In this document: one piece after another, positions 10,773 through 20,971 of the stretch
Numbering within the stretch: position 1 is the first letter of the stretch
Layout of the letters: the number at the start of each line of letters is the position of its first letter
Assembly: GCA_963841015.1 (NCBI GenBank)
Contig: CAWJAX010000003.1
Span: forward strand, 842,043-906,042
Source: an uncultured Methanoregulaceae archaeon
Lineage (GTDB): Archaea; Halobacteriota; Methanomicrobia; Methanomicrobiales; Methanospirillaceae
Length of the DNA: 64,000 bases
Direction of reading: 5' to 3'
Notes under the pieces: generated by a model
Seen by the model: only the letters and a program-made list of their open reading frames with translations
Databases searched by the model: none
Told to the model about the DNA's origin: nothing
Translations under genes and position numbers: made by a program

Positions 10773-11639
10773 ATGATTAGTGATTTCATATACAAATATT
10801 ACATCGATCCCATCAGGATGGGACAACCCTATAACATAGTTGACACGCTCACCTATGCGTTAATACTGGTCCTGGGTGTATATTTGTTGTACCGCTGGAT
10901 GTCGCAATCGACCTGGCTTTCTGATATCGGATTTAAAATTGATGCCAGATTTATCCTTGCCACGCTCCCCTATGTGGTTCTTGGAGGGCTGTTGCGTGTT
11001 GTGCAGGATACCGGCATGATTACGGGTGATTTCCAGTTTTTACTTGTGACACCGCTCATCTATTTCGTGCTCTTTTTTTTTACCATCAGTATGCTGTTTC
11101 TCTCCCGCTACCTTACTCTTCAGGGATTTACGAAGAGTTTTCTCACATTTTATACTTTCGCCGGTATTATGTCAGCATTTGTCGTTTTACTCGTCCTTTT
11201 TGCATGGGGTATCAACTATGCCCATGTTGACCTCTTTATCCTCGCGATTATCCCCCTAATGGCTCTTACCGCAACCTTCCTGGTCTGGGCATGTATGCGC
11301 TATCTCCTCCGGTGGGAATACGTCACTGACCCCCTGTACCTGATACTTATTTTCGGTCAGCTGCTGGATGCAAGTGCAACGAGTTACGGCATAGACCTTC
11401 ACCCGTCAGTCCGGTATATCGAACAACATGTTGTCGGTTCTGGTCTTATTGAGCTGACCCATACCGCATTTGTAATGTTCCCGTTAAAACTGGTCGTGCT
11501 CTTCCCGGCAATCTATATCATGGAGCTCTACCGTAAAGAGGCAAATCCCGCGTTCTGGCATCTTGTGCTGCTCGCCATGATTGTAGTGGGGCTTGCACCG
11601 GGGATCCGTGATATGATGCGGATGGTACTCTATGTCTAA
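10773..11639 (+). CDS. DUF63 family membrane protein
   Basis: YNIVDTLTY, GGLLRV..D, TPLIY, LDASAT..G, Y.EQH, GLAPGIRD. Confidence 0.88.
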   Translation: MISDFIYKYYIDPIRMGQPYNIVDTLTYALILVLGVYLLYRWMSQSTWLSDIGFKIDARFILATLPYVVLGGLLRVVQDTGMITGDFQFLLVTPLIYFVLFFFTISMLFLSRYLTLQGFTKSFLTFYTFAGIMSAFVVLLVLFAWGINYAHVDLFILAIIPLMALTATFLVWACMRYLLRWEYVTDPLYLILIFGQLLDASATSYGIDLHPSVRYIEQHVVGSGLIELTHTAFVMFPLKLVVLFPAIYIMELYRKEANPAFWHLVLLAMIVVGLAPGIRDMMRMVLYV

Positions 11640-12198
11640 TTCCCCGTTGACAAATGCAATAATTGTAATACTCCTTCTTTTTTGCGCTACGATAACGGTA
11701 GGCTGGGTCGGAACAATGCAAAATCCGGTTATCGGTGAAAACCTGATGAAACTATTTGAAAAAGAGGTCGCAGGTCAGATATTGGGGAAAGATTCCGCGG
11801 ATATCTTTGTCAAGCTCTTCTTTAACAATCTTGAGGCATGTATCCTGCTCTTTTTAGGTGGGGCATCGTTTGCAATTCTTACGATATTCATCATAACCCT
11901 GAATGGTATTCTCATTGGAGCAATCATGGAGATCGTACATAAAGATCACTCTGTCGCATTTGTTGCCGCTGCAATCCTGCCCCACGGTATTTTCGAGATT
12001 CCTGCTTTTATCATTTCAGGAGCGATCGGCATCCTGCTCGCTCAATCCCTTATCAACGAGTGGTATAACGGAACGGATACTGCAGAAGATGCAAAGAAAT
12101 TCGCCAGGATATTCGTCCTGTACGTAATACCGCTTGTAGCAATCGCGGCCTTTATCGAGGCTTTTATTACACCAATAATCATACATTTAGTAGTTTAA
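11632..12198 (+). CDS. SpoIIM / DUF95 family membrane protein
   Basis: FFNN, NG..IG, ILPHGIFEIPA, AAFIEAFITP. Confidence 0.9.
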   Translation: MSNSPLTNAIIVILLLFCATITVGWVGTMQNPVIGENLMKLFEKEVAGQILGKDSADIFVKLFFNNLEACILLFLGGASFAILTIFIITLNGILIGAIMEIVHKDHSVAFVAAAILPHGIFEIPAFIISGAIGILLAQSLINEWYNGTDTAEDAKKFARIFVLYVIPLVAIAAFIEAFITPIIIHLVV

Positions 12199-12210
12199 AG
12201 GATCTGATTC

Positions 12211-13647
12211 ATGGATGATGATGCGGGCGCCCTGCCGTTAAAAGAAGATTTTTCTGCATGGTATAATGATTTGTTATGGCGGGCAGAGATCATGGATGTC
12301 CGCTATCCGGTCAAGGGACTGTATGTCTGGTTTCCTTATGGTTTTGCCCTTCGCAAATACGTATACCAGAGACTACGGGATATTCTCGACCGTGACCACC
12401 AGGAAACCCTTTTTCCCCTTCTGATTCCTGAACAGGAATTTATGAAGGAAGCCGAACATATCAAGGGATTTGAGGAGGAAGTCTACTGGGTGACGCATGG
12501 CGGTACAACACCTCTCGAGGTAAAACTGGCACTGCGTCCAACAAGTGAGACCGCTATCTATCCTATGTATGCACTCTGGATCCGGTCGCATGCTGATTTG
12601 CCTATTAAATATTACCAGATTGTAAACACGTTCCGGTACGAAACGAAACAGACCCGTCCACTGATACGTTTGAGGGAAATCACATCATTTAAAGAAGCTC
12701 ATACAGTACATGCGACCTGGGAAGAGGCAGAAGAACAAGTTGAGGATGCAATCCGGCTCTACCGTGAATTCTATGACGGGCTCTGCATCCCGACACTCGT
12801 ATCAAAACGCCCGGACTGGGACAAGTTCCCCGGCGCTGATTACACAATAGCGGTTGATGCAATAATGCCAAATGGCAAGACACTCCAGATCGGCACCGTG
12901 CACCATCTTGGCGATCACTTTTCCCGGACATTCAACATTACCTACGAGGATAAAAACGGTGAGCAGAAGCTCGCACAGCAGACCTGTTACGGTATATCAG
13001 AGCGCTCAATTGCAGCCCTGATCAGCATACATGGCGATGACAAAGGCCTCATCCTCCCCCCGGCAGTTGCCACACTCCAGGCAGTGATTGTCCCTATTAC
13101 TATCGGAAAACGCCATGCGGATGTGATGGCTGCAGCGCAGAAACTGAAAACAGACCTCACCGCTGCGGGCTTCCGGGTGAAACTTGACACCCGTGATATG
13201 CGACCCGGGGCGAAATACTACTGGTGGGAACTTCGTGGTGTCCCGCTCCGGCTTGAGCTGGGGCCAAGGGACCTTGATGCAGGAAAAGTGATGGCAGTGA
13301 AGCGTACCGGTGAGAAAACGTCCATTGATCTTGCTTCGGTTATAGCAGGAGTGACCAAGGTGTTTGAAGAGATCACCGATACAATTCGTGCCGTTGCGGA
13401 AGAAAATATGAAAGCACATCTCTGTGCTGTTGGATCTCTGGATAATCTCAATACAACACTTGACGAGGGCAAAGTTGCGGTGATCCACTGGTGTCAGCAA
13501 AAGGGGTGTGGAGACGCTGTTGAAACACAGACAAACGCGAGTATTCTTGGGACCGAGGTACGTTCACCGTATGTTCCCGCCGTATCTGGGATCTGTATAA
13601 TATGCGGGAAACCAGGGAAACCGACACTGGTTGGAAGAGCGTACTGA
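12211..13647 (+). CDS. proS: Prolyl-tRNA synthetase (archaeal type)
   Basis: FSAWY, RYPVKG, LRPTSET, FRYETK.TRPLIR.REI, YGISER, C-terminal RAY. Confidence 0.98.
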   Translation: MDDDAGALPLKEDFSAWYNDLLWRAEIMDVRYPVKGLYVWFPYGFALRKYVYQRLRDILDRDHQETLFPLLIPEQEFMKEAEHIKGFEEEVYWVTHGGTTPLEVKLALRPTSETAIYPMYALWIRSHADLPIKYYQIVNTFRYETKQTRPLIRLREITSFKEAHTVHATWEEAEEQVEDAIRLYREFYDGLCIPTLVSKRPDWDKFPGADYTIAVDAIMPNGKTLQIGTVHHLGDHFSRTFNITYEDKNGEQKLAQQTCYGISERSIAALISIHGDDKGLILPPAVATLQAVIVPITIGKRHADVMAAAQKLKTDLTAAGFRVKLDTRDMRPGAKYYWWELRGVPLRLELGPRDLDAGKVMAVKRTGEKTSIDLASVIAGVTKVFEEITDTIRAVAEENMKAHLCAVGSLDNLNTTLDEGKVAVIHWCQQKGCGDAVETQTNASILGTEVRSPYVPAVSGICIICGKPGKPTLVGRAY

Positions 13648-13674
13648 ATTGAAAGGCCGGAATGTTTGTCATCC

Positions 13675-13693
13675 TTTTTCACTTCTTTTTTTT
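13675..13693 (+). terminator. Probable oligo-T archaeal terminator after proS
   Basis: TTTTTCACTTCTTTTTTTT about 30 nt after the stop codon. Confidence 0.45.
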
Positions 13694-13806
13694 ACCGGCA
13701 TTAATAACCACGAGAAAAAACCTATTCCTGATGCCGGACACAATTTTTTCCCCGTTCTTTTTTTACTGGAAAAGAACATATTACTAGACTATCAGAGGCG
13801 GCAATA

Positions 13807-15147
13807 GTGAATAAAAATCCAAAAGACACAGGCCCGATATATCTCCCGGAACGGTACAAGCAGAAGATTGAAGCAAAGAAGCGATGGCGCCTTATTAAAA
13901 ATATCGTTGTAATCTGTACAATTGTCGCAATAAGTAGTGTGTTATTTCTGATATTGAGTGGAGCACTATCAAATTCACTGAACCAACCCCCGCTCGAAAT
14001 TCCCGGGTCACTGGTATCCGTCCCGGAAATTACCCCGACAACTCTCCCCGTTGAGTCCGTTATACGTCTGGCACAGAACACGACCGCTATGAGACCTGGC
14101 GACACCACGGAAAACAAGGGAGGGACAACGCAATCAATCCACGATATGCAGTCCCAGAATAATGCAACTGCTTATCTTCGGCAGGATTATCCGGAATCCG
14201 ATTATACTCTCATCAGCGTTAATGTAACGGATTTGTATGCAGACCGTACCTTGTATGAGTATAAAATAAAACAGATAACTGCCGCACCGGATAGTGCAGG
14301 ATTTTCGGTGTTCATTGATCCCAGAACGGGCGATTTCTTTACGCCGGGACAGGAAAAAGCCAAAATTACTGCTGACAGGGCAGAATATCTTGTAACAGAA
14401 GCGTTTCCACTGCTTCATTCAGAAAGGGTCTGGGTGAGATACAACAACAGTCCGGATTCTGCACGGGCATGGGAATTTACCAAGTACCGGGATAATTCGA
14501 TAATCCTCACCGGAGCAATGGACCCGGAGACCGGCCAGATATTTTCATTCACCCGCAGCATACCATGGACGGGGCGACAGACCGATCCAATACTTGATGT
14601 GAATGCGGCACAAAAAATTGCAGATCGCTACATTTCTGATAAGAACAGGGCTTCACTTACCCTTAACATGAGTGAGGTACGGTATAACCCGCTGCAATTT
14701 CCCCAGAAAACGGTTGCCGGGCTTTACGTTTTTGTCTACAACAGACTGGTTCAGGACATTCCCTGTGATACGGAAGGATTCACCATTTCAGTGGATTCAC
14801 TTACCGGGGAGATCAGTGGATATGACCGCCGCTGGAACATACCGGATAGTGCCTTTTCCCTGGCCACTGATCCCCTTATAACACGGACCGGAGCAACGTT
14901 TGTAGTGTTGAAAAAGGCTCAGGAAACGTACCCGACAGCAGTGGACGGACTTGCCATTATCTCTGCTGAAATCAGATGGAAAGACTACCCACCTCAAGGC
15001 AGCACTCCCCGCCCGGGAAGTATTCCCCTTGCCTGGAAAATACTATTTTCCGATGAGGTCATCCGTGCAAAACCGTTGTCTTCACCCGCGGTAGCCTGGG
15101 TCGATGTGCAGACGGGGAAAATCCTCGACTTTTATTACGAACACTGA
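13807..15147 (+). CDS. Membrane-anchored extracellular protein with PepSY/YcdB-like repeats
   Basis: N-terminal TM segment; four repeats ending in [IVM]D..TG[DQEK][FI] (IDPRTGD, MDPETGQ, VDSLTGE, VDVQTGK). Confidence 0.7.
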   Translation: MNKNPKDTGPIYLPERYKQKIEAKKRWRLIKNIVVICTIVAISSVLFLILSGALSNSLNQPPLEIPGSLVSVPEITPTTLPVESVIRLAQNTTAMRPGDTTENKGGTTQSIHDMQSQNNATAYLRQDYPESDYTLISVNVTDLYADRTLYEYKIKQITAAPDSAGFSVFIDPRTGDFFTPGQEKAKITADRAEYLVTEAFPLLHSERVWVRYNNSPDSARAWEFTKYRDNSIILTGAMDPETGQIFSFTRSIPWTGRQTDPILDVNAAQKIADRYISDKNRASLTLNMSEVRYNPLQFPQKTVAGLYVFVYNRLVQDIPCDTEGFTISVDSLTGEISGYDRRWNIPDSAFSLATDPLITRTGATFVVLKKAQETYPTAVDGLAIISAEIRWKDYPPQGSTPRPGSIPLAWKILFSDEVIRAKPLSSPAVAWVDVQTGKILDFYYEH

Positions 15148-15233
15148 TCTTTTTATAGATCTGTTAATCTTTTTAGTTACCTTAAATTTCAGAGAGTTAC
15201 ATACCATTGCATCGGCTCACAAAAAATGAGTAA

Positions 15234-15684
15234 TTATTGGCTCTTTGAGAAACAGACATGAATCGTGGTGCTTCACTCCCGAACCATGAAAATCTTAATA
15301 TTTTCGATGGAAAACCGCTTCAGCGCCTCTCCGAGGCACAGCGGGCAGGGTTTTTTTGAATTGTTTGTTCCTGATCCGCCGTGGGGGGCGACCGTTTCCG
15401 GGCCGGCGGCGATTATCGTACATGGAGGCGTGTGAAAAAAATCTCGTATCATAACTGAATAGTTCAATTTTCAGGGGAATTCCTCATTTATACAAGGAAA
15501 TAAAATATCAGGGCCTGCAACGATGAAAAAGGGCATACTGCCTGACACCTCAAACCATAACAGCACTCAGGAGCGAGGCTGATGTCTTATCTGTTTGGGG
15601 AGTATCGCATCTGATGGGAACTACCATGGCGAACCGAAACCACTGTTCGAATGGAGCAGGTTATTGAGCATTTCTCTCGACCCT
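15234..15684. repeat. Dispersed non-coding repeat, copy 1 (MITE-like or structured RNA)
   Basis: 15247-15482 aligns with 24322-24559 at about 88% (manual count); weaker similarity continues to the shared ATTGAGCATTTCT end. Confidence 0.85.
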
Positions 15685-15814
15685 GATTCTTAAAAGGGGA
15701 CTAAGGTACTATCTCTAATCCCGCAGGAGAAGGATCTGATTCGGAACTGCCATTTCCTCTCCATCGTCACATTCACCATTTAACCAGCATCGTTAAAAAA
15801 AAATTGTGCAAAGA

Positions 15815-16270
15815 TCAGCACCGTTCGCATGCATATTCAACCACAAGTCGTGTATGGCGCATGTCGCCGCGGATTGACTTTTTTCCTCCACGGAAGAATA
15901 ATTTTTGGCACTTTACACAGTGCTTGGGTTTGATCTGGTCCCAGGAATTCATCGGGATCTCAAGGGTGAACTCTGTTTTTGTCCACTCTTCAGGGGGCTT
16001 CTCCGCATTCTGTTCATAGGTTGCAACAAATTCCATAATCTGGTGGGGAGGGACACCCAGATCGACAAATTTTTTAAAGACAAAATAATTGAAGATCAGC
16101 CAGGAGAGATCCGAACGATCGAGGATTCCTTCATACTCTCCGAACGACTCATCAAAATCCTCAAGTGAGCACCCACAAAGCGGGCATTTTCCACCAACAA
16201 GCTCGTCGAGAAAAACCTCTTCCTGGCACCCGGGACATGTTGTGTGCGGGGATTGCATGCGTGATGTCAT
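15815..16270 (-). CDS. Hypothetical zinc-binding protein
   Basis: CPGC..CPLC at the N-terminus, CVKC..CERC at the C-terminus. Confidence 0.75.
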   Translation of the reverse strand: MTSRMQSPHTTCPGCQEEVFLDELVGGKCPLCGCSLEDFDESFGEYEGILDRSDLSWLIFNYFVFKKFVDLGVPPHQIMEFVATYEQNAEKPPEEWTKTEFTLEIPMNSWDQIKPKHCVKCQKLFFRGGKKSIRGDMRHTRLVVEYACERC

Positions 16271-16431
16271 TCGTATCTCCTGAAGTGTGAAAGATTAGGG
16301 ATATTCATCGGTAGTTTTCGTAAAACTGTTACAGCAGTAGTAATTGGTGCTAGTATTGATCGGGTCTGCACATATAGGTATCACCATTGCATGTGCACCC
16401 CGATAAAAATTTTCTGGTCATCCTGGAAATA

Positions 16432-16740
16432 TTAGTCTGCGGAGGGTTCTTCAGGCTCCATAACCAGAGAACCGAAAATCACTTTTTCAAGAACCTGTGC
16501 AACGTACTTGATGTGCATAGCTTTTTCCAGATCTTCGTTACGGTGGACATCTGCATACAGCTGGAGCCGCATCAGTGAGAACCGGAACCTGTCCAGGGTG
16601 TCATCATCAAGTTTCATAGCCTCACGGTAAATCGGTTCGAGCAGGTCGGGAAATGAGAGCGGATTTTCAAGGCAGGTAATAACGCCACGGTAAATCGGGA
16701 GTGGCAATTCCTTACCGGAGAGGATCCGCAGGAAATCCAT
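16432..16740 (-). CDS. Hypothetical protein downstream of Mrp (102 aa)
   Basis: MDFLRILSGKELPL... begins 1 nt after the Mrp stop; the ORF-track extension overlaps Mrp. Confidence 0.7.
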   Translation of the reverse strand: MDFLRILSGKELPLPIYRGVITCLENPLSFPDLLEPIYREAMKLDDDTLDRFRFSLMRLQLYADVHRNEDLEKAMHIKYVAQVLEKVIFGSLVMEPEEPSAD

Positions 16741-16741
16741 C

Positions 16742-17635
16742 TTATCCCTCAACAACTTCGATGAGTGCTTCCATAACCTTGTCAACAGCCGCCCAGGTAG
16801 GGCTGTCACCACGCCGTATAATAAACGGGCGTCCCTCATCCCCTGCTTTCCGCATCTCGATATCGATGGGAATTGCACCAAGGAATGGGACCGACAGTTC
16901 CTCTGCTATCTTATGGCCACCGCCCCTGCCAAAGAGATCGATCTCCTCTCCACAGTGGGGACAGACCATCCCGCTCATGTTTTCAATAATCCCCAGCACG
17001 GGAACATCAAGTTTCTGGATAAATTTCGCAGATTTCCGCGCATCAAGTGTCGCGACATCCTGAGGTGTTGTGACGATTACTGCACCCCGGAGATTAGGCG
17101 CGAGCTGGGCGATCGTGAGTGCTTCATCACCGGTTCCCGGGGGGAGGTCCACAACCAGATAATCCAGCGATCCCCAGTTCACCTCACTGAGGAACTGCTG
17201 GATGGCAGCCATTTTCATTGGGCCACGCCAGATGATCGGAGTGCTCGTGTCCGGCAGGAGGAACGCCATAGAGATGACGGATAACTTTCCGGTGATGTGC
17301 ACGGGTTCAATCATTTCACCCATAATCGCAAGCTTGTGATCCTCAATACCCAGCATCTTGGGGATGTTGGGGCCATGCATGTCAAGGTCCAGAAGCCCGA
17401 CTCTGAACCCATGGTTGGAGAGGGCATAGGCAAGGTTAACCGAGACCGTGGATTTACCAACACCACCTTTTCCCGAGAGAACCATTATGACATGCCTGAC
17501 ATCAAGCTTTGCTTTCGGGGGCAGACCTGCAGGCCCGCTCTTTGCTGATGAACAGGTTGTGGCAGTCGGGCAGCTCGAACACTCATTTGCGCATTCTTCA
17601 TCAGATGTCTTTTTTTTTGTATCTTTTTTTGTCAT
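16742..17635 (-). CDS. Mrp/NBP35 Fe-S cluster carrier ATPase
   Basis: N-terminal Cys cluster, SGKGGVGKS, WRGP, DLPPGTGD, VTTPQ, ENMS..CPHC. Confidence 0.96.
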   Translation of the reverse strand: MTKKDTKKKTSDEECANECSSCPTATTCSSAKSGPAGLPPKAKLDVRHVIMVLSGKGGVGKSTVSVNLAYALSNHGFRVGLLDLDMHGPNIPKMLGIEDHKLAIMGEMIEPVHITGKLSVISMAFLLPDTSTPIIWRGPMKMAAIQQFLSEVNWGSLDYLVVDLPPGTGDEALTIAQLAPNLRGAVIVTTPQDVATLDARKSAKFIQKLDVPVLGIIENMSGMVCPHCGEEIDLFGRGGGHKIAEELSVPFLGAIPIDIEMRKAGDEGRPFIIRRGDSPTWAAVDKVMEALIEVVEG

Positions 17636-17755
17636 GGATGCCTCTTGAAAAAAATATAGTTCTGTACTCTCATCAGTTATCTTTCGTATACAATAAAGAT
17701 GTGGAGATGTCTGCAGGGAAAGAAAGGTAAATTTTCCTGTGTCTGATTCTGATAA

Positions 17756-18088
17756 ATGGAGCGCCTCAATATTTCACTGGATTTCCTTAAGTTCCCGCGA
17801 ACAGTATGCCGGTGATGGCGAAAACCTCTCTCCGGGTCTCCCGCTCAGGGGATTGAACGCGGCATCCGTCGCTACATCTCAGCTGTGCAGGGTATAACTG
17901 ATTATGGGACTATCGGTTATGCAGGTCCCTGCCCCCCGCAAGGTCAGATGATCCAATACCAGTTCAAGGTATATTGACTCGACGCGATTCTCGACATCAC
18001 TGCAGGGTCCAATAAACATGAGCTGGTATCTGCGATGAAAGGTCACGTGATCCGGTTTGGTGAAGCAATCGCGATTTACTCACGATAA
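17756..18088 (+). pseudogene. Decayed YbhB/YbcL (PEBP) paralog
   Basis: Fragments YAGDGENLSP and GYAGPCPPQG..YQFKVY*LD..GHVIRFGE match the adjacent gene; has a frameshift, loss of the DPDAP/HW segment and an in-frame TGA. Confidence 0.85.
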
Positions 18089-18171
18089 TCGGCATTCCGA
18101 TCGATTATGGTGACACACTACTTTTATTATGCACCCCGCATATCATGCATCGTAAAGGAGGGAAAAACAGT

Positions 18172-18633
18172 ATGGAAGTGCTTAACGTAAAAATTTCTGT
18201 AAAAATTCTCCCGGGCGATTACAGCTGTGATGGTCAGGACATATCACCGGAAATTGATGTTGGAGGAGTGAACACAAAGATCTCAAAATCTCTGGCAATT
18301 ATTGTTAACGATCCCGATGCTCCAGGGGGTGGGGGTTTTATTCACTGGATAGCATGGAACATGGAACTGGTCAGGATGATCCCGGAAAACATCCCGAAAA
18401 CGCCGGTTGTCACCTTCCCGCTCAAAGCGGTGCAGGGAAAAAACAGCTTCGGAAAGATTGGATACAATGGTCCCTGCCCACCCCGTGGACAGACCCACCG
18501 GTACTTCTTTAAAGTCTACGGACTGGATACCAATCTTGATCTTGCCGCAGGAGCTGAAAAAGATCAGTTCTTCAGGGCAACGGAAGGACATGTCGTTCAG
18601 TATGGCGAGACGTTTGTTACGTACGGGCGATAA
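18172..18633 (+). CDS. YbhB/YbcL family Raf-kinase-inhibitor-like (PEBP) protein
   Basis: CDG.DISP, DPDAP, HW, GYNGPCPP, HRYFFKVYGLD; GGAGG RBS upstream of 18172. Confidence 0.93.
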   Translation: MEVLNVKISVKILPGDYSCDGQDISPEIDVGGVNTKISKSLAIIVNDPDAPGGGGFIHWIAWNMELVRMIPENIPKTPVVTFPLKAVQGKNSFGKIGYNGPCPPRGQTHRYFFKVYGLDTNLDLAAGAEKDQFFRATEGHVVQYGETFVTYGR

Positions 18634-18798
18634 TTTATTCTTTTTTTTGATCCTGCACAAAGACCAGGTATGCTTTTTGTCACCTACTCAGAAATTGATG
18701 AGATATTCGAATATCATCGATCACGCAGCCAGGAGCATGATTATTGCGGTTTATCAATGAGGGAAATTGTTATTAACCCATATCCGCTATCATGTTGT

Positions 18799-19284
18799 AT
18801 GCTGCAAAAAGGTCCGTGTATAAAGGCAGTTATTTTCCTGTCATTTCTCCTGATCTGCATTGTTCCCGTTGTTGCACAAGATGTCCCGTACAGGTTCACC
18901 GTCTCTCCCGTGTCTGCTGAAGGGAGACCCGGAGATACCATTACGTATTCCATCGCCATCACTGCTGATCCGGGATTTAAAAATCCGATTGATTTCACCA
19001 TGGATGTCAGCTCAATGGGGTATAGTAAGAACTTTGTTCTTGGAACCTATGAGGGGCCGTATCCCAGATCATCTACCTACGTTCTGACCATCCCCCAGAA
19101 TGTTCCAACCGGAGTGACTGCCGATGTTACAATAAACGGCAGAAGCGGAGGATACCTCCAGCAACAGAGTCTCAAACTCAAAATTAAAGGATCGGGAGGG
19201 CCAATAGAGGATATCACCAGCATCATAACCGATCTTATCAACACAGCTTTGAAGGAAATAGCCCGCCTGACCGGAGGAAAATAA
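18799..19284 (+). CDS. Hypothetical secreted protein (Ig-like beta sandwich)
   Basis: Hydrophobic signal ending VVA-Q; beta-rich PGDTITYSIAIT; start codon uncertain. Confidence 0.65.
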   Translation: MLQKGPCIKAVIFLSFLLICIVPVVAQDVPYRFTVSPVSAEGRPGDTITYSIAITADPGFKNPIDFTMDVSSMGYSKNFVLGTYEGPYPRSSTYVLTIPQNVPTGVTADVTINGRSGGYLQQQSLKLKIKGSGGPIEDITSIITDLINTALKEIARLTGGK

Positions 19285-19514
19285 TCCACAACATCGCAAT
19301 TTTTCTCCCCGTTTACAAAACCAATTTCTGAGTCGGGCATCCCCGCCCTGTTGTGAACCTATTCAGGAGATTACACCGGTTGAAAGTTCGCACCGGTTAT
19401 TCACTTTCATTCCCAAAGAACTGACAGCAGGAGATTTTCTTAATTCCCGAATACAACCACTGCTCCTTTTTATATTACGGTACAATTAAACTACATAAGG
19501 AAGATGTCCTGTCA

Positions 19515-20705
19515 ATGAATCCCGTTCACGATCATAAACGTTCATTTGATCCCGGGCAGGAATCATCTATTCTGGCATATATCGCCAAGCGGGAATCACT
19601 TCTTTCACCTTTGGCCTCGATTAGTGCCGATGCTGTTCGGAGGCATAATCGAAAGCCTGAAGATATCCGTACCCCCTATTCCCGTGATACTGACCGTATT
19701 ATCCACACGCGGGCGTACACCCGATACATAGACAAAACCCAGGTCTTTTCACTTGTAGACAATGACCACATCACTCATCGCGTCATCCATGTCCAGCTCG
19801 TTTCCAAAATTGCAAGAACTATCGGGCGCTGCCTCCGCTTAAACGAGGATCTCATTGAGGCAATTGCCCTTGGCCATGATATAGGGCATATCCCGTACGG
19901 GCATTATGGGGAAACCTGCTTATCGGAGCTCTGCGAACGGTTCGGGATTGGAAAATTCTTCCACAACGTTCAGAGCGTGCAATTCCTCGACAGGATCGAA
20001 GACTGTGACCTGACCATGCAGGTGCTGGACGGAATACTCTGCCACAATGGGGAAACTGATGATGTTAAAATTTCTCCTGAACCTTGTGCAACATGGCTGG
20101 CATTTGACAAAAAAGTGCAGGATAATGCAGATGGCAGACGCACAAAGGCTCCGATGACCCTTGAAGGATGTGTTGTTAAGTTTGCCGACACCATCGCTTT
20201 CATCGGCAGGGATTTGCAGGACGCACGGGAGGTGGGGTTGATAGGAAGTTCAACACTCCTTCCTCAGGAATGCAGGGATACCCTCGGTGACTGCAACAGG
20301 GACATTATCAATACACTGATTTACGATTTGCTCGAAAACAGTGATACCGAGGATACGGGGTATATTTCGTACAGTCCTGAGGTAGAAGATGCACTTATTG
20401 CACTGCGCCAGTTTTCCCGGATTCATATCTATGAGAACAAAAAACTTACCACAGAGCGTGAAAAGGTCAGGCAGATGTATGCAACACTGTTTATAAATTA
20501 CCTCGAAGATCTTGAAAAAAATACAAGGGATGCGGCAATTTTTACTGATTTTATTGACACAAGCTGGATCAGCCGGAATTACATTCAGTCTGCTACCTGC
20601 GCCGAGCTGGTCCGGGACTTTATCGCCGGGATGACCGACAGGTATTTTGCTAAACGCTATGAGGAATGCGTAATTCCCCGCAGGGTAAATGGGAAATTCC
20701 GATAA
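19515..20705 (+). CDS. dGTP triphosphohydrolase-like HD protein
   Basis: RD..RI.H..A..R..DKTQVF, HR..H, GHDIGH.PYGH.GE, DFIAGMTD. Confidence 0.92.
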   Translation: MNPVHDHKRSFDPGQESSILAYIAKRESLLSPLASISADAVRRHNRKPEDIRTPYSRDTDRIIHTRAYTRYIDKTQVFSLVDNDHITHRVIHVQLVSKIARTIGRCLRLNEDLIEAIALGHDIGHIPYGHYGETCLSELCERFGIGKFFHNVQSVQFLDRIEDCDLTMQVLDGILCHNGETDDVKISPEPCATWLAFDKKVQDNADGRRTKAPMTLEGCVVKFADTIAFIGRDLQDAREVGLIGSSTLLPQECRDTLGDCNRDIINTLIYDLLENSDTEDTGYISYSPEVEDALIALRQFSRIHIYENKKLTTEREKVRQMYATLFINYLEDLEKNTRDAAIFTDFIDTSWISRNYIQSATCAELVRDFIAGMTDRYFAKRYEECVIPRRVNGKFR

Positions 20706-20723
20706 AAACCCGGATACATACAC

Positions 20724-20915
20724 TCACTCATACTTTCCCTTTAGGCCAGCCCAGCCGGTAAATCCGCAGTATATGCACCCAATGCCTTCACAATAATGGC
20801 ACTGCTGTTTAGGTGCGGTCACCAGTACGACTCCGGTTTTGTTGCAGTAGAGACACCCTATACCGCAACAGTGAGCACAGGTCGCGGATTCGTAGATTTT
20901 TTGTCTTTGTGTTAT
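20724..20915 (-). CDS. Small DnaJ-type zinc-finger protein (63 aa), apparent ATA start
   Basis: Manual translation (M)TQRQKIYESATCAHCCGIGCLYCNKTGVVLVTAPKQQCHYCEGIGCIYCGFTGWAGLKGKYE; two CxxCxGxGCxxCxxTG units; AGGGGG RBS upstream. Confidence 0.75.
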   Translation of the reverse strand: MTQRQKIYESATCAHCCGIGCLYCNKTGVVLVTAPKQQCHYCEGIGCIYCGFTGWAGLKGKYE

Positions 20916-20971
20916 GGTAAGAATCCCCCTTTTGACATCATCTTATCCTCAATAATAATCTGAAAACAGGG

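Noticed and set aside
15273-15467. ORF MNYSVMIRDFF... and its counterpart at 24274-24543 as a small protein family
   Set aside because: Indels shift the frame between the copies while nucleotide identity stays high; these ORFs are by-products of the non-coding repeat.
17975-17977. In-frame TGA as possible selenocysteine
   Set aside because: It aligns with Gly (GGA) in the intact paralog and lies in a gene with other lesions. FwdB and EhaO here use Cys.
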